Shown piece after piece: positions 1 to 8,463 of a stretch of 47,680 nt of DNA (positions within the stretch are counted from its first letter, which is position 1; every line of letters starts with the position of its first letter). The notes beneath the pieces are model-generated. The model was not told the DNA's origin and did not search any database. It worked only from the letters and a program-made list of their open reading frames with translations. A program made the translations under genes and the position numbers. Source of the stretch: an uncultured Candidatus Saccharibacteria bacterium (GTDB lineage Bacteria > Patescibacteriota > Minisyncoccia > Phycocordibacterales > UBA9973); NCBI GenBank assembly GCA_964401705.1, contig CAYNZJ010000001.1:69648-117327 (forward strand), in the 5' to 3' direction.

Positions 1-454
1 ATTCGCCGTGGTTTTGCGAGACGGGTTGAATTGATAGTCGCGAGCCGGTTTGGGCAACCATAATGCCGGCAAGGTTTGGGTCAAACTTTATTTCGGCTAG
101 TGTAAGTGGCTTTTTAAGCTTTTTAACAAATTTAATATCAACGCAATACCAAATCGGCTTTTCAAGCGTTGCTTTTGGATCGTAATGTTCGTCGTTTTTA
201 TTAAACTGAGTTTCATCGGCATGGGCACCACTGCACACGCTGGCAATGCCGTATATACCAGTTGGATTTATTTTTGTACCATTTGAATGATAGAAAAACA
301 CAATATCGCCCACCGACATGTCGCGCATCATAAAATTGCGGGCTTGGTAATTGCGCACACCAGCCCAAGCGGTTTGTTTGTCATTTTGCAAATCATCAAT
401 ACCGTAACAATCGCCTTCGCTTTTCATTAACCAGTATTTTTTAGGATTTTTCAT
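1..454 (-). CDS. EVE (PUA-like) domain protein, C-terminal end cut by window edge
   Basis: Not in the ORF track because it runs off the edge. Reverse-strand ATG at 452-454. My translation: MKNPKKYWLMKSEGDCYGIDDLQNDKQTAWAGVRNYQARNFMMRDMSVGDIVFFYHSNGTK...GIYGIASV...WYCVDIKF. It fits the EVE-domain pattern (W.GVRNYQARNF, GD.V.FYHS). Visibly higher GC than the rest of the window. Confidence 0.6.
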   Translation of the reverse strand, partial: MKNPKKYWLMKSEGDCYGIDDLQNDKQTAWAGVRNYQARNFMMRDMSVGDIVFFYHSNGTKINPTGIYGIASVCSGAHADETQFNKNDEHYDPKATLEKPIWYCVDIKFVKKLKKPLTLAEIKFDPNLAGIMVAQTGSRLSIQPVSQNHGE

Positions 455-456
455 TA

Positions 457-1737
457 TTAGTTTTTTAAATATTTACAAAAATTTGTTTCGTTGAAGCTAT
501 AGCCTTGTTCAATTTGTTTACGGTCGATATTAAAATATTCAGGGTAAATATATGCGCCAAAATCTCCATAATATGCAATATTTGATCCATCACTTACCCG
601 TATATATGAAATACGCGGTGGCAAAGATGGTGAATCTTGAACCCTAACAATTTTAACCTTATCACCACACATGTATGTGGTTGTGGTATTTGTTTTTGGA
701 GGTGTTGGAACCTCAGGATTTTTAACTTCAGTTTTAAGTTTATCTTTTGTTAAAATAAAATATACATAATCCCATCTAATTTTCATTTCACCATTTTGGT
801 CTATTGTAAAATCTCTGAATGGATTCTCCTCAGAACAATTTGTTTTATAAGCTTTAATAACAAGATCATGCAAACCATCAATATATTTTTCAGGATTATC
901 TGCATTTAAAATAGTACAATGTTCATCTTTGTTAAAATTAAAATAATTTTCATCACCAGTTATACTCGCAAAATCAAAATATAATACATTATTTTTTATT
1001 TCTAAAACTTTACCCATCCATGCTTCTTCATCAACAGTTCCTAAATCTCTCATGACCCAGTCAAAATCTTTGACAAGCCATTTCCCATCAAGGTGTATTT
1101 TAGAAATATTAATACTTTCCTTAACATTTGAAAAAGCTTCTAAGAATGTCTTATAATCCTCATCATAAAAACTAACTAATTTTTCTTGATCTTGTAAATA
1201 TGTTGAATTTTTAACCTGTTCAGTAATCTTTGATTCCAACAAGGAACCGTTATAAAAGTAATGCTTAACCTTATTTAAATTTTCTGACATGAAGGAATAA
1301 TCTCCTGTATTTATTACACATACTAGTTGATCATTGTAAATATAATAATCAACATTAGATTCCAAATGATTACCCTCATAATCACCAAAGGTTTCCAAGG
1401 AAATTTTATATATCTTTTCGTTTTTTATGTAACCAACCAACTGAAAATCAATATCTCCTAATGGTTGATGTATTTGTAGTATATCAGGACGATTTTTATT
1501 GAAATGGCCTCGAAATAAGATCTTTACAGAATACTCATCAATTTGATCTGAAGTTTTTACAATTTCATCAATTTCTTGGATTTTTAATATTTTATCCTGA
1601 TTTCCCATCACAGCTAAATCTTCAACAACCTCCACCTTCTTCAAAAAATTTAAATTTAATGAATCGTTTAAATACAAATAATACCCCACACCCCCAAGCG
1701 TTATTATAATTATTGAAATTATTGTTAATTTTTTCAT
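457..1737 (-). CDS. hypothetical N-terminally membrane-anchored exported protein (array member 1)
   Basis: 426-aa ORF. N-terminal TM helix MKKLTIISIIIITLGGVGYYLYLNDSLNLNFLKK is related to the leaders of the next three ORFs. Only 1 nt separates it from the upstream ORF. Confidence 0.6.
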   Translation of the reverse strand: MKKLTIISIIIITLGGVGYYLYLNDSLNLNFLKKVEVVEDLAVMGNQDKILKIQEIDEIVKTSDQIDEYSVKILFRGHFNKNRPDILQIHQPLGDIDFQLVGYIKNEKIYKISLETFGDYEGNHLESNVDYYIYNDQLVCVINTGDYSFMSENLNKVKHYFYNGSLLESKITEQVKNSTYLQDQEKLVSFYDEDYKTFLEAFSNVKESINISKIHLDGKWLVKDFDWVMRDLGTVDEEAWMGKVLEIKNNVLYFDFASITGDENYFNFNKDEHCTILNADNPEKYIDGLHDLVIKAYKTNCSEENPFRDFTIDQNGEMKIRWDYVYFILTKDKLKTEVKNPEVPTPPKTNTTTTYMCGDKVKIVRVQDSPSLPPRISYIRVSDGSNIAYYGDFGAYIYPEYFNIDRKQIEQGYSFNETNFCKYLKN

Positions 1738-1738
1738 A

Positions 1739-2629
1739 TTATTTTTTGCAAGCTATTTTTAGTTCATCAACTCGATCTTTATCAAAATCAAGGAGTGTTC
1801 CATTTTCGCCCTCGTTCGTAATGGTTATGTCTGCAAGGGTTTCTTTGTCTATGTCTAATTCAAGCCATGCGACAGTTCCACCGTTTGAAATAATGTCACC
1901 TTTTTCATCAACTGTAGGACCAATACGTAAATTGATACGCATAATACCATTTTCTATACTATCAATTAATGTAAAAATCTTGTTTGGATTTTCTTCATAG
2001 ACATTTTTACCTGAAGTGTCTTTTCTAACCCTGAAGTTGTAGATATACTTCCCTTCTTGCTCTTTAGAAAGTTTATATAAAGAATTCTTATTGGCAAGAT
2101 TACTAGAATCTATTATATCCTCAGTCAAATAAGTACAGTCAGCTTGTTGGTGCACCATGTAGTAGCCAGCCCAACCCTTAGGGGCATCTCCTTGACCTTT
2201 TATATACCAGTTATGTGGATCATCATTTGTATGTATGAGATCTAAAATCATATCTGGGTACTTGTCATCATAGACAAATTTTATTTTTGTTCCATCTAAA
2301 AAGAATTTTCCTCTTGCCTTAACTGAAACTAAATTAGAAACATCATATTTTGTAGTTTTCTCACTTTCAAAAAAAGTTCCATCACTTTTTAGAATTATAT
2401 ATGCCGGTGCTGCGTGCGGTGTAAAATATTTACCTAAAATTTGAGGGTCAATTTTTACTATGCTCTCATCGGTCTTTTGCTCTTCTTTTACATCTTTAAT
2501 TTCCTCAACTATTGGTGCAGAATTGCTCCTCTGCAAAAACCCTAAATTTACCAAGTCTTTTGTGTATACAAAATACCCAGCACCAGCGAGGATTACGATT
2601 ATTAGGATTGTGATTAGTAATTTTTTCAT
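1739..2629 (-). CDS. hypothetical N-terminally anchored exported protein (array member 2)
   Basis: 296 aa. Leader MKKLLITILIIVILAGAGYFVYTKDLVNLGFLQ. Shares an internal PQILGKY...DGTF...GKFF.DG.KIKFVYDDK.P module with member 3. Confidence 0.65.
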   Translation of the reverse strand: MKKLLITILIIVILAGAGYFVYTKDLVNLGFLQRSNSAPIVEEIKDVKEEQKTDESIVKIDPQILGKYFTPHAAPAYIILKSDGTFFESEKTTKYDVSNLVSVKARGKFFLDGTKIKFVYDDKYPDMILDLIHTNDDPHNWYIKGQGDAPKGWAGYYMVHQQADCTYLTEDIIDSSNLANKNSLYKLSKEQEGKYIYNFRVRKDTSGKNVYEENPNKIFTLIDSIENGIMRINLRIGPTVDEKGDIISNGGTVAWLELDIDKETLADITITNEGENGTLLDFDKDRVDELKIACKK

Positions 2630-2632
2630 AGA

Positions 2633-3577
2633 CTATTCAAATTTTTTATAATTTTCATTAAAATATTTTTCTTCTTCGAATTCCAGCCCTTTCACTGCGA
2701 ATTGTTCAATTAATTTTCCATCCTGCCATTTTGTTGCACCAATCCCTCCTTTGTATATTTCGACTTTTTGACCTGACAAACCACTTCCGTCACTAAATTC
2801 CATGGTCCCATCAAATCGCATAGTGCCCTTGTAGATATTTTGACCATTTTCAATTTTAAAAAGATTATACTCCACATTATCAGTATAAGGAATGGAAACT
2901 CTTCTATAAAAATAGCTTGGATTCGATTTCAAAATTATATCTTGCTTTGTATAAGTATAATCTATGCCTCGTGAATCTGTCCCATAAATATTTCTATCCT
3001 TGATTTCTAAATTAACCTCCGGAGATTTATCATCGTAGACAAATTTAATTTTTAAACCATCTATAAAAAACTTACCTGAAGCTTGGGTAGGACGATTAGA
3101 AATAAAAGTTCCATCATTATTTAGTATAATATAATCTTCATCGCTATAAAGTGCAATGTATTTACCTAAAATTTGTGGTTCAACACCAGCAAATTTTTCA
3201 TCATGGCAAGATCCTCCATAAATTTCATTTGGTACATTATTATCTTTTAATATTTTACAGCCCGGGTCATCTTGAAAACTCGCCAAAATACTCCACTTAC
3301 CATCTTTTTTAATTGCTATATAATGTGAATCATAATAGATACCAGTAGCAAAATTATCCTTTATAAGATCAATTGTGTAATTACCAGATGTAAAACTTAA
3401 ATCTGATATTATTTTTGATTCTTCATTATTATTCTCAATTTTTAGATCTTCAACTACTGACGAAGGATTATCCCCCTTATTCAAAAACCCAAATTTTATA
3501 AAACTTTTCGAATATACAAAATACCCAGCGCCTGCGAGAATTAGAATTATTAAAATTGTGATTAAAGTTTTTTTCAT
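2633..3577 (-). CDS. hypothetical N-terminally anchored exported protein (array member 3)
   Basis: 314 aa. Leader MKKTLITILIILILAGAGYFVYSKSFIKFGFLNK. Carries the same GKFFIDGLKIKFVYDDKSPE module as member 2. Confidence 0.65.
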   Translation of the reverse strand: MKKTLITILIILILAGAGYFVYSKSFIKFGFLNKGDNPSSVVEDLKIENNNEESKIISDLSFTSGNYTIDLIKDNFATGIYYDSHYIAIKKDGKWSILASFQDDPGCKILKDNNVPNEIYGGSCHDEKFAGVEPQILGKYIALYSDEDYIILNNDGTFISNRPTQASGKFFIDGLKIKFVYDDKSPEVNLEIKDRNIYGTDSRGIDYTYTKQDIILKSNPSYFYRRVSIPYTDNVEYNLFKIENGQNIYKGTMRFDGTMEFSDGSGLSGQKVEIYKGGIGATKWQDGKLIEQFAVKGLEFEEEKYFNENYKKFE

Positions 3578-3578
3578 A

Positions 3579-4457
3579 TTATTCTATGCAAGTGTCCATT
3601 AATTTTTTATTTAATTCATCAACTTGTTTAGGGGTAATCTCGGTCTGTGTTTTGCCCTCTGGGATATAACTTTTATAAATAGAATTAATACAGCCCTCCT
3701 CCTCTTCAGGAGATTCATCCAAAAAATGACTATCAATAAGGACTGAAATTAATGTACTTTTTTGAGTTACTAAATTGTAATAATAATGAGCTACAGCAAA
3801 ATCACACATATTACAATCTGAACCTGCATTAAATTTTTCAGAGACACCAGGATAGGTGATTTCCATCAAGTCCATATTTGTAAGATGAGGCCAGTAATCT
3901 ACCCCATTATCTCTAAACTTCGTCCATGCCTTACCCAAGCCACCATGAGCCCTGTCACCAGAATGAATCTCTGTTTTTTTGTTCAAACTATTACCATCTT
4001 TCTTAAAAACAAATAAGGATGTAACAGTGCTTGATCCACCCATATTGTCTTCCGTTTGAACAATAATTTTATCTTTAAGGTCTTTTATTATTTTATAAGA
4101 AATTGACCCCCTGTAACTATCTTCTTGTTCAGGAAAAAGTATGTACCCTGAACCAATAAAACCATATTCATCTTTTTCTGTTTCAATTTTTTCAAATTCT
4201 TTATTACATTTTTCGATGTTTATGTTTTCATTAATTTCGAAACCTTCCCCAAAACATAAAGGGTGAATAAACCCTATTTCGGACTGCTCTACATTTTCAT
4301 TCTTAACCCCACTTTCAGTATTTACTGACGGTTGCTCAACTTCCCTCGCCTGCAAAAACCCTAAATTTATCAAACCTTTTGTATGAGCAAAATACCCAAG
4401 CCCAGCGAGGATTAGGATTATTAGGATTACTACTAGAGATTTTTTTGTGGAAGTCAT
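3579..4457 (-). CDS. hypothetical N-terminally anchored exported protein (array member 4)
   Basis: 292 aa. Leader MTSTKKSLVVILIILILAGLGYFAHTKGLINLGFLQ. Cys-rich ectodomain with no motif I recognise. Confidence 0.65.
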   Translation of the reverse strand: MTSTKKSLVVILIILILAGLGYFAHTKGLINLGFLQAREVEQPSVNTESGVKNENVEQSEIGFIHPLCFGEGFEINENINIEKCNKEFEKIETEKDEYGFIGSGYILFPEQEDSYRGSISYKIIKDLKDKIIVQTEDNMGGSSTVTSLFVFKKDGNSLNKKTEIHSGDRAHGGLGKAWTKFRDNGVDYWPHLTNMDLMEITYPGVSEKFNAGSDCNMCDFAVAHYYYNLVTQKSTLISVLIDSHFLDESPEEEEGCINSIYKSYIPEGKTQTEITPKQVDELNKKLMDTCIE

Positions 4458-4474
4458 TTTAATATTATACTACC

Positions 4475-4708
4475 TTAAATTACATCCGTATAGCTACCGC
4501 CATCAGCGACATTGGTAAACCCAGCATTTTGCATCATGCCTTGCGCCATCATCGAGCGGTTGCCAGATTCGCAATACAAAGTAATCTCGGCATCTTTTGG
4601 AAGATCAGGGAAAATCCCACTCATCATATCCATAATATCGTGGTGTATTGCCCCGTCTTTGTGTCCACTATCATATTCAGATTTTGTGCGGACATCAATA
4701 TAAATCAT
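4475..4708 (-). CDS. single-domain rhodanese-like sulfurtransferase (short)
   Basis: 77 aa. IDVRTKSEYDSGHKDGAIH followed by the active-site loop CESGNRS, which is typical of the rhodanese fold. Confidence 0.7.
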   Translation of the reverse strand: MIYIDVRTKSEYDSGHKDGAIHHDIMDMMSGIFPDLPKDAEITLYCESGNRSMMAQGMMQNAGFTNVADGGSYTDVI

Positions 4709-4711
4709 AAA

Positions 4712-5356
4712 TTATTTAAGTGTAATACTTGTAATTACAACTGGAGTTAATGGTTTATCACTTGGGTCAGTTGGAGTATTGTTGATTGCGGTAACTACAT
4801 CCATGCCAGATGTAACTTTACCAAATACAGTGTGTTTAGTATCAAGGAAATTATTTGGTGCAACATTGATAAAAAATTGACTACCATTAGTATTTGGCCC
4901 AGCGTTAGCCATAGCAATTGTACCAATATCATTATGGTTTGTGGCAGTTATTTCATCGTTAAATTTATAACCTGGGCCACCTGTACCCCACATTGATTTT
5001 TTAGTATCATCTTTTGAAAGTGGGTCCCCACCTTGATTCATAAATCCTTTGATAACGCGGTGGAATTTTGTATTGTTATAAAATCCTTCACCGGCTAATT
5101 TGGTAAAATTCGCGACTGTATTTGGAGCTGTATCACTAAGCTGTATAGTAATGTCTCCCATATTTGTGTGCATTGTTGCGTACATAATCTTTTTATTATC
5201 TTCTTTATTATTTGTAATAGGATCTTTTTTTACTTCAGGAATCGTTTCTGTTGGTACTGGGTCTGTTATTGGAGCATTTATTTTATTTCTATTCACAAAG
5301 TAAATCCCCGCCACAATACATACCAATATTAAAATTATAATTAAAACTTTTTTCAT
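4712..5356 (-). CDS. cyclophilin-type peptidyl-prolyl cis-trans isomerase, membrane-anchored
   Basis: 214 aa. N-terminal TM helix, then FHRVIKGFMNQGGDP, GGPGYKFNDE, GTIAMANAGPNTNGSQFFI and HTVFGKV cyclophilin motifs. Confidence 0.85.
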   Translation of the reverse strand: MKKVLIIILILVCIVAGIYFVNRNKINAPITDPVPTETIPEVKKDPITNNKEDNKKIMYATMHTNMGDITIQLSDTAPNTVANFTKLAGEGFYNNTKFHRVIKGFMNQGGDPLSKDDTKKSMWGTGGPGYKFNDEITATNHNDIGTIAMANAGPNTNGSQFFINVAPNNFLDTKHTVFGKVTSGMDVVTAINNTPTDPSDKPLTPVVITSITLK

Positions 5357-5362
5357 AATATT

Positions 5363-6637
5363 TTACAAATTATTTATTTTATTTTGATTTATCTTAGCAG
5401 TGTAGAACATCATTATCATCAACAGTACATATAGCAGTATTGTACCAGCTAATAAATTAACAGATTCTACTTGGATTAACCAATAGATAACCCCATATAT
5501 TCCTAATAAACCAGTTGCAGTAGCAACACCATATTTTGTAGAGTTAAGCGCAGTACCAATATATGCACCATTTATAATCATTGTTACAATAGTAGCTATA
5601 ACATATGCCCCCATGAATCCGATTTCTTCACCTAAAGAAAGGTTTAATAGATAAAACAAACAAAGAGATACTCCAACCAAAACATACTGGATTTTATTAG
5701 CGATAAATTTTCGGCGCATATCAAGTAAAAAGATTATAAAGAAAGTGAAAACAATAACTAATGATGCATATTTGGTTATTCGGTCTACCATTGTGATATC
5801 ATCTGCACCACTTATAAAATCAACTCCAATAAATTTATTTTCAAGCTTACGGAAACTACTAGAATCATCGGTTTGATAAGAATAATCAACATTGAACACG
5901 GCTTTGGTGTTTTTAGAATTTTCTTCTAAACTACCATAGTCACTACCTTTGATACGAATATTATCAAAATCGGAATTAATAGTTAAAGTATATACCCCTT
6001 CATCCAAATTAATAGACCGTGAAGCCTTGGAATCCCAAGAATAATGCAGTGTTGCATCTTTACCCTTGAATTCATTTGGAATTTTGATTAAATAATAAGA
6101 ATTTTTATTATCACTATAAATATTATCATCTCCTTTATTAAAATCAGAAATAGGGATCATGGTTTTACCATCAATAGTTATTTCTGCTTTAAAATTTTTA
6201 ACATTCGCAATTGAAAAAACTGGGATTTTGATATACCCCGAATCAAAATTAGTTGGGATTTTAAAACTTTCGTTAGAATCAACACTGTAATCAAAAGACA
6301 CAAATTTTTGTTTACCTAATTTTTTTGAATTAGTATCAATGATATTAATATCAATAACTGGGTTATTAATTGAGGTTTTTGTAATAATGCGAGAACTTTC
6401 TAACCCATTAACATTATTAGTATTTAAAAGGCTTGATGGCGAAACTGTCAAAACTGGTAATTCAGTATCAATGCCTTTAAATGCAGTCCTGGCGTCATCT
6501 ATTCTATTTAGTACAAAAAGTCTTACAATAAGACTTGCCATAAAACAAATTAGCGCGATGATAAATACTGCTAATATTCTATCCCCTAGCTTTTTGCTAG
6601 TTTCATGGTCTAGTTTTGGAAGTTTAAATATATTCAT
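5363..6637 (-). CDS. creD: CreD-like cell-envelope integrity inner-membrane protein
   Basis: 424 aa. N-terminal TM helix, large extracytoplasmic domain, C-terminal multi-TM block. IQYVLVGVSLCLFYLLNLSLGEEIGFMGAYVIA resembles the conserved CreD core (QY.LVG..L.LFYLLLLSLSEHIGF..AY). Confidence 0.65.
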   Translation of the reverse strand: MNIFKLPKLDHETSKKLGDRILAVFIIALICFMASLIVRLFVLNRIDDARTAFKGIDTELPVLTVSPSSLLNTNNVNGLESSRIITKTSINNPVIDINIIDTNSKKLGKQKFVSFDYSVDSNESFKIPTNFDSGYIKIPVFSIANVKNFKAEITIDGKTMIPISDFNKGDDNIYSDNKNSYYLIKIPNEFKGKDATLHYSWDSKASRSINLDEGVYTLTINSDFDNIRIKGSDYGSLEENSKNTKAVFNVDYSYQTDDSSSFRKLENKFIGVDFISGADDITMVDRITKYASLVIVFTFFIIFLLDMRRKFIANKIQYVLVGVSLCLFYLLNLSLGEEIGFMGAYVIATIVTMIINGAYIGTALNSTKYGVATATGLLGIYGVIYWLIQVESVNLLAGTILLYVLLMIMMFYTAKINQNKINNL

Positions 6638-6697
6638 ATAACTGAATTATAACACTATATTATATAAAATAAAGCATCTTTAATTACAGTCTATTAT

Positions 6698-6726
6698 TTG
6701 ACTAAACCCTCTAAAAAATATATAAA
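6698..6726 (+). promoter_or_regulatory. sigma70-like promoter (TTGACT-N17-TATAAA)
   Basis: TTGACT at 6698-6703, 17-nt spacer, TATAAA at 6721-6726, upstream of the 6751 ORF. Confidence 0.4.
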
Positions 6727-6750
6727 GAATACAAATAAAAACAAGAAAAT

Positions 6751-6957
6751 ATGGATCAAGGAAAATACTACCAGAAGAAGAAAAAAGAAGAACTTCAAGA
6801 AAATATCGTCTGGGGAAAAGTCTTTTTAGTGATATTATCTTTAGTTGTTATAGGCTATTTTGTCTACAATATAATAAATGGATTTAATACGAAAAATAAA
6901 GAGTCATCCCCTATTAAAAAAATAGAAAAAAACAGAGAAGACGAATACATGCTATAG
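6751..6957 (+). CDS. small single-TM hypothetical protein
   Basis: 68 aa. TM segment VFLVILSLVVIGYFVYNII. Has its own promoter-like and terminator-like signals. Confidence 0.4.
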   Translation: MDQGKYYQKKKKEELQENIVWGKVFLVILSLVVIGYFVYNIINGFNTKNKESSPIKKIEKNREDEYML

Positions 6958-6982
6958 TATATATAGTCTTCTAAAATCCCTT

Positions 6983-7012
6983 AACCTTGGCTTATCCGCC
7001 AAGGTTTTATTA
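6983..7012 (+). terminator. rho-independent terminator
   Basis: AACCTTGG (6983-6990) pairs with CCAAGGTT (6999-7006), followed by TTTATT. Confidence 0.55.
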
Positions 7013-7014
7013 TA

Positions 7015-7043
7015 TTGACAGATAATATAATATAGGTTATAGT
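7015..7043 (+). promoter_or_regulatory. sigma70-like promoter (TTGACA-N17-TATAGT)
   Basis: TTGACA at 7015-7020, 17-nt spacer, TATAGT at 7038-7043, upstream of the 7060 ORF. Confidence 0.45.
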
Positions 7044-7059
7044 ATATAAAAGTAAAAAT

Positions 7060-7452
7060 ATGAATGTAAGTATAGTAAAAATCAACAAAAAAAAGATCTT
7101 TTTTTTAGTTCAAGAAATTGAACCAAAAATGATCGGCCACTTAAAATGTCTGATTGAAAAGAACCTCAAAACACTATTTTTAAAAAATAATATGGAATTT
7201 TTGTTGTTAGATTTTTTTAAAACAGATGATGATAAAAATATATCAATAAAAATTACCCATATAAATGAGATTTTCCCTTTAACAAGGAAATACATTAGAT
7301 TTTTTAATAAAGAAACATATCTTATTAAAAAAATAAAAAATATAATTTATCTAGCAGAAGATAAAGCAAAAGAATATTATGAAATGTCTAACAAACCACA
7401 AAATGATGTTTCGAAAATATTAATACACTCAAACTTTCAAAACCAAAATTAA
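7060..7452 (+). CDS. hypothetical protein (K/I/N-rich)
   Basis: 130-aa ORF in very AT-rich DNA with no recognisable motif. Supported only by ORF length and the promoter-like element upstream. Confidence 0.3.
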   Translation: MNVSIVKINKKKIFFLVQEIEPKMIGHLKCLIEKNLKTLFLKNNMEFLLLDFFKTDDDKNISIKITHINEIFPLTRKYIRFFNKETYLIKKIKNIIYLAEDKAKEYYEMSNKPQNDVSKILIHSNFQNQN

Positions 7453-7663
7453 AGACAAATTAAAAACAGATGAAAAATAGAAAAAAAAATATCATCATAA
7501 CGATGATTACGATTATCTTAGCCCTATTTATAGGGAGTGAGTTTAAAAAAGTTTATATGGAGCAAAGAGAATCTTTGCACCCCCAAAACCGGTCAGACTA
7601 ACATCCCCCGGTTTTTTTATATTCCCCTAACCACAAGTCCGAATTGTAGCTAGGATATATTAT

Positions 7664-7692
7664 TTGACTAGATGTTGGATTATATGTATTAT
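7664..7692 (+). promoter_or_regulatory. sigma70-like promoter (TTGACT-N17-TATTAT)
   Basis: TTGACT at 7664-7669, 17-nt spacer, TATTAT at 7687-7692, 17 nt before the ATG at 7710. Confidence 0.45.
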
Positions 7693-7709
7693 AAATAAAA
7701 GATAAAACT

Positions 7710-8348
7710 ATGAGCAACATAAACAAAAAACCAGTACTTTTCTTTGATTTTGATGGGCTTAAATTTGATACACTTGAAATTCATATCCAATATATAAATC
7801 AAAAATATGGGATAAGAACTGTTGAATCTGATTATTTAGATAATCCAGATTTGAGTTTGGTTATCAATAAATATTTACCTGATAAAAATACACATTTTAC
7901 TAAAGATTATGTGTATCAAGATATTAGTAAAAATTTAATGGAATCAATCGATTGGCATAAAAAGGTGGAACCTTTTCAGGATATGCCCGAAATTGTAAAA
8001 GATTTGTATAAAAAATATGAAATGATAACAGTAACCGCAAGACCAACAAATAGTATTACTGTTATTAAACAATTAATAAAACAGCATATTCCAGGATGTA
8101 TTGAAAATGTTCATTGTGTTCACGAACTTTTAGAGGACGGAACATTTAAAGTATTACCTAAAAAAGATTTCATTTTAAATCACCCTGGTGAAAAAATTGG
8201 ATTTTTTGATGATAGTCCAAAAGAAATTTTGCGAGTTCATGACGTTATACCATCCTATCTGTTTGATCCTACAGGATTACATGATTCCAACTCAGATATC
8301 GAAAACCGAATTCGTAGTTGGAAACAAATTGGAGATTTATTTTTATAA
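7710..8348 (+). CDS. HAD-superfamily hydrolase (nucleotidase-like)
   Basis: 212 aa. N-terminal FFDFDGLKFDT (HAD motif I, DxDG), VTARP (motif II-like), FFDDSP (motif IV-like). Confidence 0.55.
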   Translation: MSNINKKPVLFFDFDGLKFDTLEIHIQYINQKYGIRTVESDYLDNPDLSLVINKYLPDKNTHFTKDYVYQDISKNLMESIDWHKKVEPFQDMPEIVKDLYKKYEMITVTARPTNSITVIKQLIKQHIPGCIENVHCVHELLEDGTFKVLPKKDFILNHPGEKIGFFDDSPKEILRVHDVIPSYLFDPTGLHDSNSDIENRIRSWKQIGDLFL

Positions 8349-8351
8349 AAA

Positions 8352-8380
8352 CCCCGTAAATCAATACGGGGTTATTTTTA
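8352..8380 (+). terminator. rho-independent terminator
   Basis: CCCCGTA / TACGGGG stem (8352-8371) followed by a TTATTTTTA run. Confidence 0.65.
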
Positions 8381-8463
8381 TATTTTAAAATTAACTATTC
8401 TTTGTAACCATCCTTCCATTTTTTAAGCTCTGAAGAGTAAGTGGTTATATCATCAAAATGATA

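Noticed and set aside
1713-2651. Plus-strand ORFs 1713-2000 and 2460-2651 from the ORF track. Similar antisense ORFs occur elsewhere: 4512-4750, 5100-5303, 6339-6641, 11016-14259, 21371-22693, 29169-29382, 31770-32045, 38474-38711, 41018-41272, 42410-43253, 43624-43893 and 46222-46452.
   Set aside because: All lie fully inside, and antisense or out of frame to, longer ORFs with recognisable protein families or consistent operon packing. They have low-complexity translations and no start signals, so they are shadow ORFs.
7470-7601. 43-codon ORF (MKNRKKNIIITMITIILALFIGSEF...) with a weak CCGG...CCGG hairpin and T-run after it.
   Set aside because: It has a single-TM mini-protein look, but it lies in very AT-rich DNA with no clear promoter, and the hairpin stem is only 4-5 GC pairs. 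The support is insufficient.
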